Assembly: GCA_043228905.1 (NCBI GenBank)
Contig: JBHGNT010000005.1
Location: forward strand, 2,728,001-2,792,000
Reading direction: 5' to 3'
Length of the DNA stretch: 64,000 nt
Source: Azolla caroliniana
Taxonomy: Eukaryota; Plantae; Polypodiophyta
The notes beneath the pieces were generated by a model. The model did no database searches, had not been told where the DNA came from, and saw only the letters and a program-made list of their open reading frames with translations. Shown one piece after another: positions 1 to 13,905 of this stretch. A program made the position numbers and the translations under genes. Each line of letters begins with the position of its first letter. The first letter of the stretch is position 1.

Positions 1-873
1 TTCTAACCTTGCTACTTTTTATATAATCGCCATCACACTATTCATTTTGAGATTTATGTTCATCCATAAACCTTGCATAATTTGCCATTAGCTCATACAC
101 GAAACTAAAAAAAAATTAAGTTGGACCATGTGTATGTGGGTGTATGTATGTATGTATGTATGTATGTATGTATATACATACACACACATGAGCATGCAAT
201 TCATTTTAGTTTTTTTATCTACAATTCATCTTCCACCTTCGAAAGTGAAATGCAAGTGATTCTTTCAACGAATATAAAAATGTTCACATAAGCAAGTGTG
301 ATGCTTTTTCTTGGAAGCCATGATTACGTGGTCTTGACTTCAATTGTGCAAAATATGTTCTTATCCATAATTGACTCTTAATCTTGCAATTGTAAAGTGG
401 AGCAATTAGGACTTCGCAACAAACACACAAACATTGGAAGTAACATTAAGAGCTAAAAACGACTTTGTGGGCCACAATTCTCCAATACATTCACCTTCCA
501 CCCACATTTATCACAACGACAATAACAACACACCAAACCATGAATTTCGTTTTCAACTAAGTTCTTTTACACATTGATGTCAACATCTAATTTAGCCTAC
601 TCTCACTTTCATTTATAGTGTTGTGGGGTTCCTAAAAATATAGTTTATTATTCATGAGAAAGTAGTCCAATGAGTCCTCTATTTGAACATGTTGTTTAAT
701 GTCTACTAGGTAATAGCTAGCACATTAGTATATTGTCTAGATTACTAAGTCAAAGTATAGCCATGTATATGGTATGGCTCATATGTTTGTGTAGGTTGGC
801 TAGGGTTCCATGCACAACCATGGAAATATATTGAATGTTAGGGTGTAAGTCAACGCCATATCTCTTCCATGTA

Positions 874-1159
874 AGCAACAAATAAGGTATTATAGGGTCA
901 AGTTCTTCCTCCTTACACAATCCTTATAGATTACCAAGGTCGCTATTAGTGGTCAATGTCAAGAAAATAATTGTCTTTTTTATCTTTGCATGGTAATAGA
1001 CTAATCAAGGAGAGTAAGCAACAAGTAGGGCATTGTAGGGCCAAGTTCGTCCTCCTTACACAATCCTTATAGATTACCAAGATCTCTATTAGTGGTCAAT
1101 GTCAAGACAATAAGAGTCTCTTTTATCTTGGCATGGTAATAGACTAATTAAGGAGAGTG
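874..1159. repeat. Tandem duplication, 2 x ~143 bp
   Basis: TCCTCCTTACACAATCCTTATAGATTACCAAG...TATTAGTGGTCAATGTCAAGA...GCATGGTAATAGACTAAT occurs twice, 143 bp apart. Confidence 0.9.
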
Positions 1160-1169
1160 TGCAAGAGGG

Positions 1170-1940
1170 AAAACAGTTAAAATTTTGAAACATTAAGAAA
1201 ATTGAACCTAACAACAAAACCTTTAAATCGAAACCATTCAAACCAACTTGTTTGAGGAATTTTGAAAGCTCAAACCAATGTTATAGTTTGAGAGATTTAC
1301 AAACCATTTAGTTGTTGCTTTTGCAATTTTGTTCTAGTGCAAACTAAACCATTCAAGAGTTTGCCGTGATTCAAGAATCTCAAATCAAATCATTTAAAAA
1401 GATTGAAACTTGATGAATACCAAACCAAGTCGTGAAACCCTTAAACCGAAACTGTTCAAATCAAATTCATTTGAAGGATTTCCAAGGTCAAACCAGACAA
1501 TGCAAGAGATTTATAAACCATTATGTTATAGTTTTGGCAAATTTGTTTTAGTGCAAACCAAATTTTGTGTTAACTTTTGCACAATTCTTTAACAAAGAGT
1601 TTTCCAACCAAAAGGCTTTTGCTTATAAACTAAGGCAAGAAGAAAATATCGGATCAAATGCAATAACTTATTACGTGAATAGGCTATAGCTCTTAATTTT
1701 CTAAAGCTAATTCAAATTTATAAATATATAAAAAATATCCTAACCCCAAACAATGAAGGTTCTAAACCAACAACTTAAAGCCGGTTAACCGGTAAATTGT
1801 TAAGCCAATAAAGGCTCAAACCTTGAGCCCCTAAGCCAAACCAACCCCTAAACAAATTACAAATATTATAAACCTAAACCGAATCGGTTAAACTAGTTCG
1901 TGCAATTCATTTTGGCTCAAACTGAACCATTGCATATTGT
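1170..1940. mobile_element. Degenerate AAACCG-rich non-autonomous DNA transposon remnant (hAT-MITE-like)
   Basis: Dense AAACCG/AAACCA motifs like those in the elements at 11.9-17 kb; TIRs and TSD not resolved. Confidence 0.5.
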
Positions 1941-3840
1941 CAATTGAAAGTTCACCTTTTCGTATTTAGAGCTTGTATGTAAAATCCATGAACTATTCAT
2001 ACAAGTTTACAACATGTATGGTACTTACATTGCAATTTGCCATGCATGATACATTAGATTTGTTTTTTGGAATAATAATAAAAAACAAATTATTTCTTGG
2101 CCTTCCTAACTATTGTCAAATGAAATACCTTTTTTCCAAAAAAAAAGTGAAATACTTTTATTTTCCAAATAATTAGGAATAACGAAATTGAGTCCAAACC
2201 TTACACTTTAAAGTTGAATACAATATTTTTTTTTCTTCCTTTCATATCCAAAAAAATAAAGTAACATAATTTATCCATTTTTTTTGAAATACTACCAAAA
2301 ACCAAAAGAAGGACATAAGTCAAATGCGAAGTTTTTTAGTAACAAATGCTCTGTTTGGGCTCTCATTTTGTATGAGTAAGGGTTTCTAAAGTATTAAAAC
2401 ACGGTTCAATATTTTACTTGGGACTAAAAAATAACACAAATGCTATTAAGTTTCCATTATTCCCTAAATGCCCACAATCTGGGAAAGTGAGAAGAAGGGT
2501 ATGTTCCTATGAGTAGAGTATAACTATCAAACATATATAACCATGGAAACGAGGGATGACTTGACCATGTGGTCACTCAAATATGTATGTACCACAATAT
2601 GTAAGTAATGGAGAGAGAGAGAAATGATTAACCAAAGGTATTTCAGTAATATCCAAATGTAATTAAATAAAATAAAATCATTGCCAAGTGTAGGAGTTTT
2701 TCTTATCCCAATACAATTCTATTATGAATACACATTTGTGTTTGGCATGATGAGGTAATAATCCAATGTTTATAGCAATGAATATATTCCACTTTCATTT
2801 CTTTCTCAAAGTGGTACTAATGTTTCGTGTTCATAAAAACAAAATGCATCACTTGCTTTTTCATCAAATGCCGAACTTATTATCTATGATTAGAAATGCA
2901 TGTTTCAACATGGAATGTATCAAGATGTGAAGAATCCCACACTTAACAATGGTATGACTAAGAGGTATGGTTAATGGACTTACAATGCAAGGATATAAAT
3001 GTTCATGGGCATGCCATGGAAAAAAACTCTATTATGATTTAGAAAAAGCAAATGATTCATGGAAAGGAAAGCACACACATTTCATAGCTCATGATTTTTC
3101 ATCAAAAGCTCAACATCATGGAAAAAAGCCCATCTCTCTATTTAAGAAGATCACCAAATAAATACACATGGACAATGGCGGAGGATTGCTAGATAAAGTT
3201 ATAATCTTTTTCTTAAAACTATAGCCCACAAAAAAGAACAAGAAGAATTTTTACATGGAGCAGAGAGCTAAGTAGCTTTTTTACATGTTAAAGTGTGATA
3301 TGGTCTTGGCCATTGGAAAGTGATGCCTAGACACTCATTGATCATTTCAAAGGACTTGGTATGTACATTCCTCAATCCAATAGAACTCCTTAAGCCACCC
3401 ATAAAGGACCAGACTTTGTTGACGAATATATCAATGAAACAATAATAATTTTATACACATACCCTAAAAAGTCTTGAAGTTGTTTCTAAATAGTCAATTG
3501 CGACCTCTCCATAGCTTCATATGTGGAGATGCAAGCTTTCAACACAACGTGGGCAAGTATCAAACTTTGTTTTACCTCAAATTGCCAATTGAGTGGGTTC
3601 AAAGACAATTGGTACTCACCCTATCTCTATGTCTCCTTATTAGGATGAAGAGGTTCATGCCCATACCAAATTCCAATGCATATCACCAAGTTGTCTTGTT
3701 GCATCTTATCAACAAAACTTGTTCAATTGTTTGAATCACTTGATTGATAACGATTTTTCTTCAATTTGATTTTAAAGTTATTGTTAGAAAAGGGAAGAAT
3801 CAAGTGTTAGAAAACCACTTCTCATGTTGGCAAGTGGTGG

Positions 3841-4127
3841 TGTTGGAATAAAAGGCCGACTCCTTCCACTTTGTAACCGTAGTGTGAACACGTCCTCTAG
3901 TTAGGGCTTGAGTATATAAGCTCAACCCTAACATTGTAATGAAATCTTCTTCTTGAGTCTTGTAGTAGACAGAGTGTTACAAAATAACAAAGAACTTCCA
4001 TTGAAGCTCGAACTGTGTGTGTGTGCTTCTATTTCATCACCTGTCATATTTTTTGTGTTGTTTGTTGAGCATAATACGACATTTCCTCATACACGCTTCT
4101 GCATATATGTTCACATACACCCCAACA
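3841..4127 (+). repeat. Copia 5' LTR
   Basis: TGTTGG...CCAACA termini; homologous to 10190-10474 (roughly 85-90% identity by eye). Confidence 0.95.
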
Positions 4128-4129
4128 AG

Positions 4130-4141
4130 TGGTATCAGAGC
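4130..4141 (+). other. Primer binding site, initiator tRNA-Met
   Basis: TGGTATCAGAGC 2 nt after the LTR. Confidence 0.95.
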
Positions 4142-4972
4142 GACATGCTGTTCAGCGACAACAAACAACAGAAAAATCTGAAAGAAAAGCCCAGGTCAGT
4201 AAAATCTCACTTTCAAAAGAGAACATAACATGGCTTCAACATCCGGTATAGGGGTTGAAATCAGAAAGTTCAATGAAATTTTTTTTTCCCTATGGAAGGA
4301 GATGATGCAGGATGTACTTATCATCCGACGTAAAATCGAGGCAATCGATGACAACAATACGATGCTCACTGGACGAAATAGCCAGGTCGACCATTCATAT
4401 GCATTTGGCCAAAAACGTCTATTTCAACATTGCAAAAGAGACGACAACGTTCTCACTATGGGAGAAATTACAGGCTATATACGAGAAAAAATCCTCCTCA
4501 TTAAAACTCATATTGTTTCGACAACTGTTCAATATGAAGATGAGAGAGTCGGACCTAGTGACCTCCCACATCAACACCTTCAGTTAGGTGCTGTCTAAAC
4601 TCTCCTCCCAAGGGATCAACGTCAAAGAAGAAGTTAAGGCTCTTGCCCTCCTTTCGAGCTTGCCGACGAGTTGGGCGGTATTTTGCTTGACATTTGCCAA
4701 TAGTTATCCAAATCTGAACTTAGATGAGAAATAGGACAAGTCCTCACTGAGGACATTCGGCGAAAATCGATGGGACTCGCTATTGACGAGTTAGCAGAAG
4801 CCAACCACTCGATTGAGTCGAAAGGCCGATCCAATTGATTGAGAGAACGAGCTGACAGAACCGACAGAAATACCAATCGACTGGGTAAGAGGGGAGACCA
4901 ACAACGGTCGAAATCGAGAAATAGCCGATTAGGAGATTTTTGCACTCATTGCAAAAAAGCCGATCATAACGT

Positions 4973-5653
4973 TGTCGCGTTGCTACGCGCGTGCGTGGAG
5001 AAGGGCGGGACCACGAGGGTCTTGGACTAAGGAGTAGAGGAGAAGGAATCGGACATGGAATGGAAACTTTGCTCAAGAAGGAGAAGAATGAACAAGAGAT
5101 TAACTCGAACAAGAGGAAGATGGAGACAAGAAGATCAACAAGATATGTTAAAACGAAATGAACGATTACAAAATGGTGGCCGTGTAGGCCGCACCAAACG
5201 ACTACTCGAAACCCTAACCGACGAAGATGAAGATAAAGATCAAGAAACCCTAACCCTAACCCTAACGCTCGACCTATGTGGTATACCTCGCACACTCAAA
5301 ATAGGCAACCCCCTCAATGGTGCATTCCCTCTCCTCTTATAGCACAAGGAGGGAAGACCGTTTACAAAAGTGAGACTAAAATATCCCCTTTCATTTAAAG
5401 GGGATATTTGCCTTGATTTGGGGAGGGTGAGATTGATGGCCCCCTTAACTCCCACCTCCTCACAAACAACTAGGTACCTATGTACCGCATAGTACCTCTC
5501 TCTCTCTCTCTCGCGTGGTTGTGCGTACAAGACCACATCACCTTTATACCTTTATTACTATTACAAATACATTATGTACGTGTGCAATGTTGCACATCGC
5601 TCTTTGGCTCTCGTTGCTCGGGTTTCCGCTTGTGGACGAAAATCTTCACGACA
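4973..5653 (-). mobile_element. Gypsy solo LTR (Trp-primed family) inserted in the Copia zinc knuckle
   Basis: TGTCGCG...CACGACA termini; 4-bp TSD ACGT (4969-4972 and 5654-5657); excision restores CX2CX4HX4C in frame; ends resemble the LTRs at 20871-21513 and 31331-32135. Confidence 0.92.
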
Positions 5654-6262
5654 ACGTTTTCAACTGTTGGTCGATCAAGAGAAGAGAGAGCGGTCGGCGA
5701 TCCGGGCGGAACCCAGGAAGATCCGACTCGAACCGCTCTCCAATAGGTAACCAAATCAATGTTGCACTCATGATTAGGAGAAATCCTCTCTCTAGAGGAC
5801 TCGATGATTAGAGAAGTCCTCTACAGTGCACTAGATACACACACACACACACACACGTGGTTACTGGACTCCGGTGCCACATTTCACGTGATCCCAAACA
5901 TCGAATGGTTTTCGAATTATTCAGCCAACAACATTAGCACAATCCGACTAGGCAATGGGGAGGAGTGCAGAATTGCAAGAATTAGCGAAGTACCAATCCG
6001 ATTAGTTCAGCATGTACCAGCACTAAAAAGAAGTCTGGTCTCCATTGGCATGTTAATTGAAGACGGGTACAGAATGACTCTGAGTGGGTCAACATGGATG
6101 ATCAGCTGAGGAAATCTAAAGATCAGAAATGGATACAAGTACAATAACTTGTATCCAATAATGGTGATCAATCCAGAAGGGGCTGTGAACGTAGCCGAAT
6201 CGGCCGACCTGAACCTATGGCATGGCTGACTCGGCCATATGTCACAAGTTGGACTTGACCGA

Positions 6263-6762
6263 TGTCGTGAGGATTTTCGACTATGGTGAGAAAACCCGAG
6301 CAGGACAGACAAAATGGGATGTGCAACATTGCACATGCACTTAGGAAATTTGTAAAATAAGAATAAGAAAACAAACGTAAAAAGAAAGGTAAAATGTAAG
6401 GTGCTAAATGTGCACCACAAAGTTTGTGAAGTATAAATGTAGACTAAAGGGGCATGCATGGAAGTACGAGTGTAATAAGTAGAGGGCATGTTTGTGTGTG
6501 AAAATGAGGGGAGAGGGAGTTAAGGCCCCATCAATCTCTCCTCCTAAGATCAAGGCAAATATTCACCCTTTGAAAGGAGTGCAAGATTTGGCCTCTCATT
6601 TTGTAATAAGCCTCGCCCCTTTCTACTATTAAAAGGGGTAAGGGGTCACCATTGAGAGGGTCGCCATATTGTTGTTACCTATTTCGTTTCTACTTCATCT
6701 TTACCTATTTCGTTTTAGGGTTTTCGTTTGGTCATTGTGGTAGTAGTTAGGAAGGTTTAGGG

Positions 6763-6812
<50 letters not shown>

Positions 6813-7008
6813 CTTAGTCATTATTGTTTCTTCTAGTTGTACTTGGGTTCGGCCTAATCGGTCGTGGTTGTAATCATTTTGTGGCTTTTCTCCTACCCTT
6901 TTGAGCTCGAAGGCCGTAAGGGTTAAGCTCCCATTTTCTTGCTACTCCCTAGGCCAAGACCCCCGTGGTCGTGCCCAAGCCGACATGTACTCGCGGATTT
7001 CCGCGACA
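6263..7008 (+). mobile_element. Gypsy solo LTR (Trp-primed family) inserted in the Copia integrase N-terminal domain
   Basis: TGTCGTG...CGCGACA termini; flanks CCGA and CTGG (both one CpG transition from CCGG); removing the element plus 4 bp restores GHMSQVGLDR-LMAVDYIPKL..FCEHC. Confidence 0.92.
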
Positions 7009-10000
7009 CTGGCTAATGGCGGTCGACTACATTCCTAAACTCCTGGCGAAGACGGACTTTTGCGAGCATTGTCGTTATGGGAAACAGACTCGAGGTCCAC
7101 ATTCTTTCCATTATGAGATGGTATGACATCCCCTAGAGCTCGAGCATACAAATATATGTGGGCCTATGCCTGAGCGATCACTAGGCGTCTCCCGGTACTT
7201 CATCACATTTGTAGATGATTGAACACAGAAGGTTTGGGCCTACTCGATTAGGTCAAATGACAAAGTGCTCAAGCTCTTTAGTCAGTGGACAGTTGAAGTG
7301 GAGAACCGATCATGATACAGAGTAAAGATGCTCCAATTCAACAACGGAGGTGAGTACACCTACCAAGCCTTCAAATAGTACCTGTTTGACAAAGGGATTA
7401 GACACTAGAAGACCGTTCCATACACACCCATGCAGAATGGAGTGGTAGAATGGATCAATCAAACAATCCAAGAAAGGGTGAAGACAATGCTACAACAAGC
7501 TGGACTAAATTTGGAGTTCTGGGCCGAAGCACCGTAGACGACTGTTTACTTGATAAATCTATAGCCATCGAAAGCAATCATGCTCGAAGTGCCACGGGCA
7601 CTATGGTTAGGCAAACAACCGACCTATGACAGACTTCACATATTCGGATGCGAAGCCTACACATTCATCCCAAGGGAGAAAAGAACCAAGTTGGCACCCC
7701 ATGCACTAAATGCATATTCCTCGGTTATGGAACCGATGGGGAATTCGGCTATCGACTATGGGACCTAGAGAACCAGAAATTGATCCAGAGTAGTGACGTA
7801 GTCTTCAATGAAGACTCTATTATCTCTGAGAGGAACGAACAAAAAATAGTTGGTAAATGGTATCCTTCAAAGTTGACGAAGATGTCGTAGAAGGACCGAG
7901 CCACCGGGCCGAATCAGAGATTCCACAAACAGTCGAAATCGACCAAGCCGACAACACACTTGCCGACTTTGAATCGGCAAGAGGTCCATTAGTCGAAATG
8001 GATTCAACTAAGAGATTGACAAGATCAACATTGGCCAACCAAGGCAAAGCCGAATCAGCTAGAGTTGAGAAAGGCAAAGCCACGAAGTGTCAAGCCAAAA
8101 AAGATAGAGTCGATTCGACTGACATACCCAAAAAGGCAAAAGGAAAAACCGACCCAAGTCGGTTAAGTCTCCTACCCCTAAGTCAATCAATCCCCCAAAA
8201 GGGGAGGATGATGTGACATTGTCAAACTCGAATTACAGGGGTGAGTCATCCAAGAGGACTCCTGGCATAAGTGGTTCAACAAATGCCGATTGACTGATAG
8301 AGCCGATCGAAGGATCCGAACTGATCAATTTGGCACCTAGGAGATCTGCACGCATTCGAAGGCTGACAAAGTTCTACCAATTGGGCCTTGACTACGTCAA
8401 CTACATTGATGTAGGCGAATCGGGCACATACGAAGAAGCTATAGCCGCACCGGACGCAGATACATGGCTGCAAGCCATGAGATCTAAAATGGGCTTGATC
8501 CATCAGAACAAAACATGGGAGTTGGTCGAACTACTAATAGGAAGGAAGCTGTTGCCCTGCAAATGGGTATTCACATACAAATATGTATCCGATTTGGAGA
8601 ATCCCAAATACAAAGCTCGGCTTGTCGCGAAAGGGTTCAAACAAAAACATGGGGTCGACTACGATGAGATATTCTCGCAAGTAGTCAAGATGACCACCCT
8701 TCGGCTCCTACTTGGGGTCGTGGTGACAGAAGACCTAGAGCTTGAGCATCTAGACGTTAATGCGACTTTCTGACATGGAAACTTGGAAGAAGACATCTAT
8801 ATGTCTTAACCAATAGACTTCACGACGACGGGGGAGGAAGGTCACCTCGTATGTCGATTAAAGAAAAGCCTTTACGAGCTAAAACAATCGTTGAGGATGT
8901 GGTACCAGAAGTTTGACTCCCACATCAGGCAGCTTGGCTATCACCGGTCCGACTTGGCAACTGGTTGACGAGTCCCTGATCTATTTGATCCTATACGTCA
9001 ACGACATGCTGATTACAGGGAGCAATCAAGCTGAAACCGGAAAGCTAAAGTGGATCCTTCACAACAAGTTTGCGATGAAGGAACTCAGGCAAGCTTGACA
9101 CATACTGGGAATGATGATAGAGCAAAATCGGACAACAAAAATCTCTGACTCTCCCAATCCGACTATATTCGTAAGGTGCTAAAGCGCTTCAACATGGAAA
9201 ATGCGAAGCCAACATCAACTCTGCTACCGACGTCGATTTGACTATTGGACAAAGAATCTCCTTCAACGGATGAGGAGAGAGACCTCAATAGGAAGATACC
9301 CTACGCATCGGCCGTAGGAAGCATCATGTATGCGATGGTGGCGATCTGACTTGACCTTGCCTATGCCGTAGGGGTCGTCAACTGATACATGTTGAACCCA
9401 GGACAAAAGCATTGGGAGGCCGTCAAGCACATCTTCAGGTACCTAAGAGGGACCAAGGATGCATACCTGACTTTCAGATTGGCAAACCAATCCGAAGTTG
9501 AAATCTATTCCGACTACGACTATGCCGGAAATACGGACAATAGGAAGTCAACATCAAGCTATATCTTCACCTATGGTGGTGGCGCCATATCATGGAGGTC
9601 AAAGGTGCAAGAGTGCACGACCTTGTCTACCACAGAGGTACATAGCAACATTAGAAGCAACGAAGGAAGCCATCTAGTTGCACTGATTGACAACCAACTT
9701 CTTGACTACAAAAGAAATTGACCATTTAGCGCCGACCATCTATCACGACTCACAGAGCGCAATACACCTCATTCAGAATCCAGACTATCATGCGAAGACG
9801 AAACACATTGAGGTACGGTTTCATCACATCCGGGAGCTCGTAAAAGAGAAGAAGCTCGAAGTTCGGAAGATCAGCACCGAGGTGAACATCATCAATTGCG
9901 TTACGAAGCCACTCCCACAAAAATGCTTTGGAGTACTACGGACAAGGATGGGACTACGACAAGCGACCGAGCCGAAGAGCACCGAGCAAGGAACAAAAGG

Positions 10001-10189
10001 TAAGTGAAAGACCGAACGACTCGAGCAAGCCGGCCCTGATGATTAGCCGAATCAGGCTAGATACCGACTCTGCCTTTGCCGACTGACTTGTAACTATAAC
10101 TTTAGATTAAATTGTAATCTAGGTTTACGGGGGAGATAACCCCAAGCTACCATTCTATGTAGAAAGAGTAGTCCTTTTACGGGGGAATT

Positions 10190-10474
10190 TTTTGGCATAA
10201 AAGACCGACTCCTTCCACTTTGTAACCGTAGTGTGAACATGTCCTCTAGTTAGCCTGGCTTGAGTATATAAGCTCAACCCTAACATTGTAACTAAATCTT
10301 CTTCTTGAGTCTTGTAGAGAGAGAGTTATAGAATAACAGAGAACTTCCATTGAAGCTTGAACCGTGTCCACGCTTCTGTTTCTTCATCTCTCATATTTTC
10401 TGTTTTGTTTGCTGAGCATAATACGACAGGTTCTCATACACGCTTCCGCATATCTGTTCGCATATACCCCAACA
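10190..10474 (+). repeat. Copia 3' LTR
   Basis: Homologous to 3841-4127, preceded by PPT and followed by TSD. Confidence 0.95.
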
Positions 10475-11908
10475 GGTGGGACACCTATCACAATAGACAA
10501 AAAGGCACATTACAATGCACAATTCACAGTATATATATACCATGCTTGAATGGGCATATTATATTGTGAAAGTTCTTCTTGAGGGTCTCTTTTCCATGGA
10601 ATAGTTGAGCAAGCCCGATGGATGCTTGTTGTTAAAGAAATGTGAAACTTTTGCCATGATTTGCAGCAACTTTATAGATGACTGAAAAAATATATCTAAT
10701 TATGATGATGTGTGCAAACGGATATAATACAAACTCAAGAATTGAATAAGCTCATTGTTGTAGTCATCGTGAACATTTTATTTCAATAGTCATTGTTCAC
10801 AAAGTACTACATGCTAGATTGTGATGGTTGACATTGTTCGAGGACACATGAATACATAGAAAGCCACAAAAACCCACTCAAGGCCAGCCATAATCCTCTA
10901 GATACCTAATCCTAACTCGGAAACCATTTGAAAAATGAGTATATCCAACCCACACCAAATGCAAAACGATATGATCATTTGCTAGATCAAATAACTGATT
11001 GAGTAGGCATGTGTAACTAAAAAAAACCCTAAAAAGTGCTAATGTTTTATCATTTAAATTGTTGATTGATCTAAATGGAAAAATTCTATTGTGTGCCTCC
11101 CCCTTTACTTTTCTTTCATTGTCTATGGCTCTGCGGGATGAATCACATATTGTGAATGAGAAGACAATAAACATAGATCATAACAATGACACTTTCAAGA
11201 TTGGTCGACTACCAAAAAACATGCATGTTGAGCCTTCAAGATGGGAAAGGCACCATTTCAATGAAGCAAGTGAAAAAGGACAGGGTAGAGAAGAATAAGG
11301 ATGATCAACATGGCTGTGAAGGAGGCAAGAAAGTTTTCTTTAAAGAGAGTGCATAACAAAGATGTGGCACAGGACTCGAACATTAGTAGTGAATTGAGTG
11401 ATGATCAAATCAAGTTCAAATAATTTGGGTTGTTGATCAATGACCATTAGCCATCATTGAGCTGACATACACATAAGTGATTGCTAGTGGAGAGTTGAGT
11501 GATGATTTTGCAGACATAGCTCACCTAAAGCTTGTGTAAAGAACCCTTACATCTCAACCACAACCACATATATTTGTATCAATACATAATAATAGTGCAA
11601 AATGGCTACACATTAGAACTTATGAATTTCGGTCACTCATCAGATTTCTTAAACAAAATAATGACTCGTTTGCTTGGGAGGTTCATAGAACTTGAAATTT
11701 GGACACAAATAATCGCAATAACAGTTAATGCCTACTTATGCTCGTTGGTTCTTCATTTGAGGTTTACATTTTAATGAGAGAAAAGTAGATGCATTATTAT
11801 TGCACCGAACTTACAATGGTATATTTCGGCACCTCAAAGGGTTTTGGGCCTTGGCCTCTTATATACACATATGTGGTGCAAGACCACTTGAACACACAAC
11901 CACCTCAC

Positions 11909-12350
11909 TAGGAGTCAGCAAGGGCTTGGCTCAAGCTTGACCCGAGCCATGAAACTATTTTTAACGGTTCGACTCGTTTCAGACTTGAGCTTCCTTAACT
12001 GGTTTGAGCTCAAACCAAACCGAACTGGTTAAGGAATTGGTTTGACCAAACTAGTTAAGCATTAATCGGTTTAGGAATTGGTTCGGTTGAAGTTTGAAAA
12101 CTCTCAAACCGTCGTTAAACCATTTTTTAATGGCTTGGTAGTTCAGGCTTGAGCCTCCTTAATTAGTTTGAGCTCAGTCTGTCAAGGCTCAAGCCGAACC
12201 AAACCGTTTAGGGCCAAATTAGTTGAGCCTTAATCAGTTTAGGAACATGTTCAATTCAAGTTTGAAAACTCTCAAACCGGTTACGGCGTAACCTGTTTGG
12301 TTTGGATGAAGCCAAGCTGGTTAAGTCAAAACCAAACCGTCGGATTCCTA
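11909..12350. mobile_element. hAT-type MITE (TAGG terminus family), degenerate, with internal duplication
   Basis: TAGGAGTCAGCAA...CGGATTCCTA ends; AAACCG/CGGTTT arrays; no TSD match. Confidence 0.65.
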
Positions 12351-12399
12351 GTTAGGCTTAATAGAAGGTAAAAAGGCTTGAATGCATTCAATTGCATCT

Positions 12400-12620
12400 T
12401 ACTACCCCCATAAGTGTTGGTTCTTGAAGAGCCATAACACTTCTTTGAACTTGCTTAGTCAAGTTAAGCGTTGAGGTGGCATCATGGCATCATCACTAAA
12501 GTATGAAGATATGCAAGGATTACAATGAAAACCTAATGGAGGATGAATATCACTTCTTGCAAGCTCCATATAGGGTAAGTCATGAGAACTTTGATGACTT
12601 GCTAGATGGTAATAATTATT
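12400..12620 (+). mobile_element. Non-LTR retrotransposon 3' fragment (RTE/L2-like C-terminus)
   Basis: ATGAAGATATGCAA...AATGAAA...GGAGGATGAATATCACTTCTT (EDEYHF); similar to 42050-42170. Confidence 0.5.
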
Positions 12621-12895
12621 AAAATGTCACACTCAAATGTAATTCAATTTCATCTCCTTTTGCAATTCTTTGCCCCATGCCCAAGATAATTAATTTTAAA
12701 CCTTTTGCCAATAGTACACATCCATTTTCTAGGGGGGTTGATTGATGATTACCATCAAAACTTCAACATAACACATGTTGTTGAAAGTTTTTCTAGTTGT
12801 GCATCTATTTTTCGAAAGCCATGTCAATGTACTAATAAAATGAGATTAAGTCTTAAAAGCATAAACATTCTCTTCCAATATCACTATCTAGTATC

Positions 12896-13356
12896 TAGTT
12901 CAAACTCTTTAAAAATATTGAAACTCAAACCGAACCGAACCAGGAAACTGTTTAAACCAAACAGTTACAAATATTCAAGCTCAAACCAAATGGTTTTACA
13001 GACTTTCAAACCTTTAAACCGTTAAAACCGTAGTTTTGTGGTTCGGGTTTGAGGTCAAAATTCAAAATTTCACATTTTAATTTTACAAATTTTCAAAATT
13101 TAAAGAATTTTGTTAAAGTATCAAATTTAGGTTTAAAATGTTCAAAAAAATATTTAAAAAAAATATCAAGTGTTAATCATAAATGATCAAACCATTAAAC
13201 CGAAAAAGGCTTGAACCGAACCAAACCATTAAACCCCAAATTGAACTAAATCATTTACAAAAAACCTGAACCTGAATCGAGATGAACTGTTTAAATTGTT
13301 AAGCCACAAATTTGTGGCATTGTTCAATTCAAATTGAAAAACATTGCTGATTGCTA
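12896..13356. mobile_element. hAT-type MITE (TAACAATCGGCAAC-like family), left TIR mostly lost
   Basis: Perfect 8-bp TSD CTAGTATC (12888-12895 and 13357-13364); right end TTGCTGATTGCTA; AAACCG motifs. Confidence 0.8.
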
Positions 13357-13426
13357 CTAGTATCTACCATAGGATGTTTAAATCACACAATTATTACATG
13401 ATGGATGGGGTATTTATAGATGTTAC

Positions 13427-13857
13427 TAGAGATCGGCAACGGTTCGGTTTAGGATTAACCGGTTTGGCCTTAAACCGTTTTGGGGTTCTCAAACCTAAAC
13501 CATACCGATCCCTAAGCCGGTTTGTGAACCGGTTTGGAAAACTGGTTGGAAACCTCCCTCCCTCTCTCCCTCTCTCTCTCACTCACTCAGACGATCCACT
13601 ATGTAGTATACAAGCTCCCTCCCTCCCTCCCTCTCTCAAGTTTCTAACTAATTTCTAACCTTCAAGTTTTTCTCTAACCTAAGTAATAAACCACATAAAC
13701 AGCTTAACTTGTTGAGCCGGTTTGGCAAGGCTCAAACCAAGCCAAACCGAACCGAGCTCAAACCGTTTAGTCAAGCTCAAGCCTAAGCCGACTCTAGCCA
13801 AGCCGTTAAGCCGTTTAAAACCGGTTTATGCTTGACCTGAGCCGTTGCCGATCCCTA
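13427..13857. mobile_element. hAT-type MITE
   Basis: TIRs TAGAGATCGGCAACGG and CCGTTGCCGATCCCTA; 8-bp TSD GATGTTAC/GATCTTAC (7 of 8 match). Confidence 0.92.
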
Positions 13858-13905
13858 GATCTTACCCTAGTCCCCACTTACCTACTTGCACCCACAATAT
13901 CACTC

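Larger units (their letters stand above)
4230..10007 (+). pseudogene. Copia gag-pol polyprotein, disrupted by stops, frameshifts and two insertions
   Basis: Gag (FSLWKEMMQDVL; LFRQLFNMKM), zinc knuckle CTHCKKADH-NVFNC, PR WLLDSGATFHV, INT WHGxLGH..CEHC..GKQ, RT CKWVF/KARLVAKGF/YVND, RNase H DYAG..RKST..DSQSAI..KHIEVRFHHIRE. Confidence 0.95.
3841..10474 (+). mobile_element. Ty1/Copia LTR retrotransposon (Tnt1/Tork-like), full-length, decayed, with two nested solo LTRs
   Basis: Paired LTRs, perfect 5-bp TSD GGTGG (3836-3840 and 10475-10479), Met-i PBS, short PPT GGGGGAA (10181-10187), domain order gag-PR-INT-RT-RH. Confidence 0.97.

Noticed and set aside
5248-5265. Interstitial telomere or chromosome fusion scar
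   Set aside because: Only three units, lying inside an LTR with a clean TSD.
10480-10560. Cys-rich minus frame (YCELCIVMCLFVYCDRCP) continuing across the empty Copia site
   Set aside because: Short and bounded by stops; it may be an old transposase remnant, but I cannot assign it without a search.
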